From positions 1 to 46,028 of the IMG/VR virus record IMGVR_UViG_3300020045_002559: DNA of 46,028 nucleotides; one strand, given 5' to 3'. The notes beneath the pieces are model-generated. The model worked only from the letters and a program-made list of their open reading frames with translations, was not told the origin of the DNA and made no database searches. A program made the position numbers and the translations under genes. This stretch comes from a virus. Taxonomy: Duplodnaviria; Caudoviricetes. Shown piece by piece: positions 44,410 to 46,028 of this stretch; positions within the stretch are counted from its first letter, which is position 1, and the number at the start of each line of letters is the position of its first letter.

Positions 44410-46028
44410 ATGGGATTAATGGGCAACAAATTTCGCTACTATCTAACTTATCAGGGTGTTGAGCATAAACTGGTATTTTCGCCAACAGGATGGGAAGACC
44501 AGACATTGGCAAGTTACAAGCGAGATTTGTCGGGTTACTTTGGTTTGATACGTTCATTATCGCTCCCGTTAACGTTCGTAAAGGATGGATATAACATTTG
44601 TAGGTTGGCATTCCTAAACGATGGTTACGAGGCAGGTGTAATACTTCGTGTTGAGATACGCCAAAGGAACTGGAGCTATAAGACAATATTCCAAGGCGAT
44701 TTGGACTTTAGCAAATATGTTCCAAACGGAACAAGTGCTGACATCCCATTGATGGAAAGCGGAATAAGCAGGGACATTAAGGCTAAGGAAAATACAAAAT
44801 ACGAGTACTTACTCGATGGTAGCGACGTGGTCAATGTCATTCTACCTGGTGTTGCTTTCAAGGAAAAATCAGATTTTATAACGAAATATGTAGATACAAC
44901 AGACTTTAATTCAGCTAAGAAGTTCGTTATAGGTATTGACCTCGTAAATCAGGGATTCAAGTCTGGTTTTGTGGAATCAATTAACACAAACCAAAGGAAC
45001 GCAGCAGATAGTGATGACTTTACCTCAGACGCATTCGTTATCGGTCGTAGGGCAGGAGGTCAAACCGTAAGGATTACGGGTTCGCTTAAAGGATATCAAA
45101 ACGGTGTGCCTATTGAGACAGGGACAACAACCCAGTTGATATTTATGAACACGGTTACAAAGGCTTATGTAAATATCCCAGTAACCAAGGTTAGCACTTC
45201 GGTTATTCAACCATTCGATGTTACGTTTGACTTTACATATACGTTACAGGAGGGTGAGGGATTGTGCCTCTATTCACGTACAGATAGCGGTTCGGCATCG
45301 GTTATCTACATTGCAACCAATGAGGGAGAGATTAACGTTAGCTACGAGGCTGTTTCAGACCCGTCTAATTGCAAGGCGATATCGGGCTTTAACCTGATGA
45401 AACGCATATTGACCAAGATTAACCCATCCATTGCGTTTAACTCTGTATTGTTGCAGTCTGATGAATGGAAAAACTTGCTGTTCACTTCTGGAACTGCAAT
45501 AAGGGAATTGCCAAATGCAAAGATTAAGATTTCATTCAAGGAAATGTTCGATACTTGGAACGGTTTATTGGATGCAGGTTTTGGTTCGGATATGGGCGTT
45601 AGCAGGTTGGAACGAGGCTATGTGTTTGCACGTAACATCGAGATAGCAAACGTTGGCAAGATTGGACAGGGCAAGTATCAAATGTCGATAGCCGAAGAAC
45701 TTGTCGGTAACGTTGTTAAGATTGGCTATGAGGATGGTCAGGCTGAGAACGATGGGGGTTTACAGGAATACAACTCTAGGCAGGATTATGGGTTACCTAC
45801 GAGCAGGATTCAGAAAGAGCTTATTTGGATATCTCCTGTCAGGGCAGACCAATATGGCATCGAGCGTTTACGTGTACAGTTCAACATAACTAAGCAGTCA
45901 GACAACAACGCTTTGGGCGATAACGATAACTTTATGATAGATTGCTATCAGGATGGGGCAGATTACATGCCTATTTTAGGAAGTACGTACACATCGGTTA
46001 CGGGCGTGGATAACGGAGCTAATGCTTA
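44410..46028 (+). CDS. Tail tip / baseplate hub-like protein, allele B (truncated by the window end)
   Basis: Reads MGLMGNKFRYYLTYQGVEHKLVFSPTGWED... and is colinear with 390-2008 at offset 44020. Confidence 0.85.
   Translation, partial: MGLMGNKFRYYLTYQGVEHKLVFSPTGWEDQTLASYKRDLSGYFGLIRSLSLPLTFVKDGYNICRLAFLNDGYEAGVILRVEIRQRNWSYKTIFQGDLDFSKYVPNGTSADIPLMESGISRDIKAKENTKYEYLLDGSDVVNVILPGVAFKEKSDFITKYVDTTDFNSAKKFVIGIDLVNQGFKSGFVESINTNQRNAADSDDFTSDAFVIGRRAGGQTVRITGSLKGYQNGVPIETGTTTQLIFMNTVTKAYVNIPVTKVSTSVIQPFDVTFDFTYTLQEGEGLCLYSRTDSGSASVIYIATNEGEINVSYEAVSDPSNCKAISGFNLMKRILTKINPSIAFNSVLLQSDEWKNLLFTSGTAIRELPNAKIKISFKEMFDTWNGLLDAGFGSDMGVSRLERGYVFARNIEIANVGKIGQGKYQMSIAEELVGNVVKIGYEDGQAENDGGLQEYNSRQDYGLPTSRIQKELIWISPVRADQYGIERLRVQFNITKQSDNNALGDNDNFMIDCYQDGADYMPILGSTYTSVTGVDNGANA
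44410..46028 (+). repeat. Imperfect terminal direct repeat of 390-2008
   Basis: Same offset at both ends (no net indel); many substitutions. Confidence 0.9.

Noticed and set aside
671-45889. Antisense and alternate-frame ORFs in the track that overlap long genes (e.g. 671-910, 8131-8667, 19701-20048, 39651-40016, 44408-44686)
   Set aside because: They are shadows of well-supported genes, with no motifs or expression signals.
44410-46028. Diversity-generating retroelement template/variable repeat pair
   Set aside because: No reverse transcriptase in the window; the repeat is 1.6 kb; differences involve all bases and are mostly synonymous, not adenine-specific.
1-46028. CRISPR array, integrase/att site, IS element or genetic-code reassignment
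   Set aside because: No spaced repeat array, recombinase or transposase motif was seen, and genes are intact in the standard code.

Overview
One complete, circularly permuted ~44.0 kb tailed dsDNA phage genome, probably a siphovirus (1006-aa tape measure, 315-aa major tail protein, HK97-type head genes), plus ~2 kb of overlap. The host is inferred to be Bacteroidota from the TAnnTTTG-type promoters, A-rich starts without Shine-Dalgarno sequences, a BT4734/PriCT-2/VapE primase-helicase and signal peptides ending at Gln. Gene order: tail tip and fibre (390-10389), lysis with inserted morons (10391-13705), a leftward small-gene operon (13789-16479), a divergent promoter region, then small genes, Bet-type recombination, a DNA methyltransferase and replication (16614-29642), packaging, head and tail (29703-43408), and an ncRNA/tRNA island (43796-44400). 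Position 44410 to the end is a colinear but non-identical second allele of the gene at 390. No integrase was recognised. Main observations: (i) seven copies of a GTAAC-N6-GTTAC-like operator at fixed spacing before -7 boxes, mostly driving morons inside the structural module; (ii) two unrelated leaders with kissing loops and a terminator-like hairpin before the recombination and replication operons; (iii) Sec signal peptides on genes in virion modules, including the tail fibre; (iv) an allele-variable island of structured RNAs around a tRNA-CAT; (v) a circularly permuted GHKL ATPase; (vi) many unannotated membrane micropeptides. All calls come from motif recognition by eye; no searches or folding programs were run.
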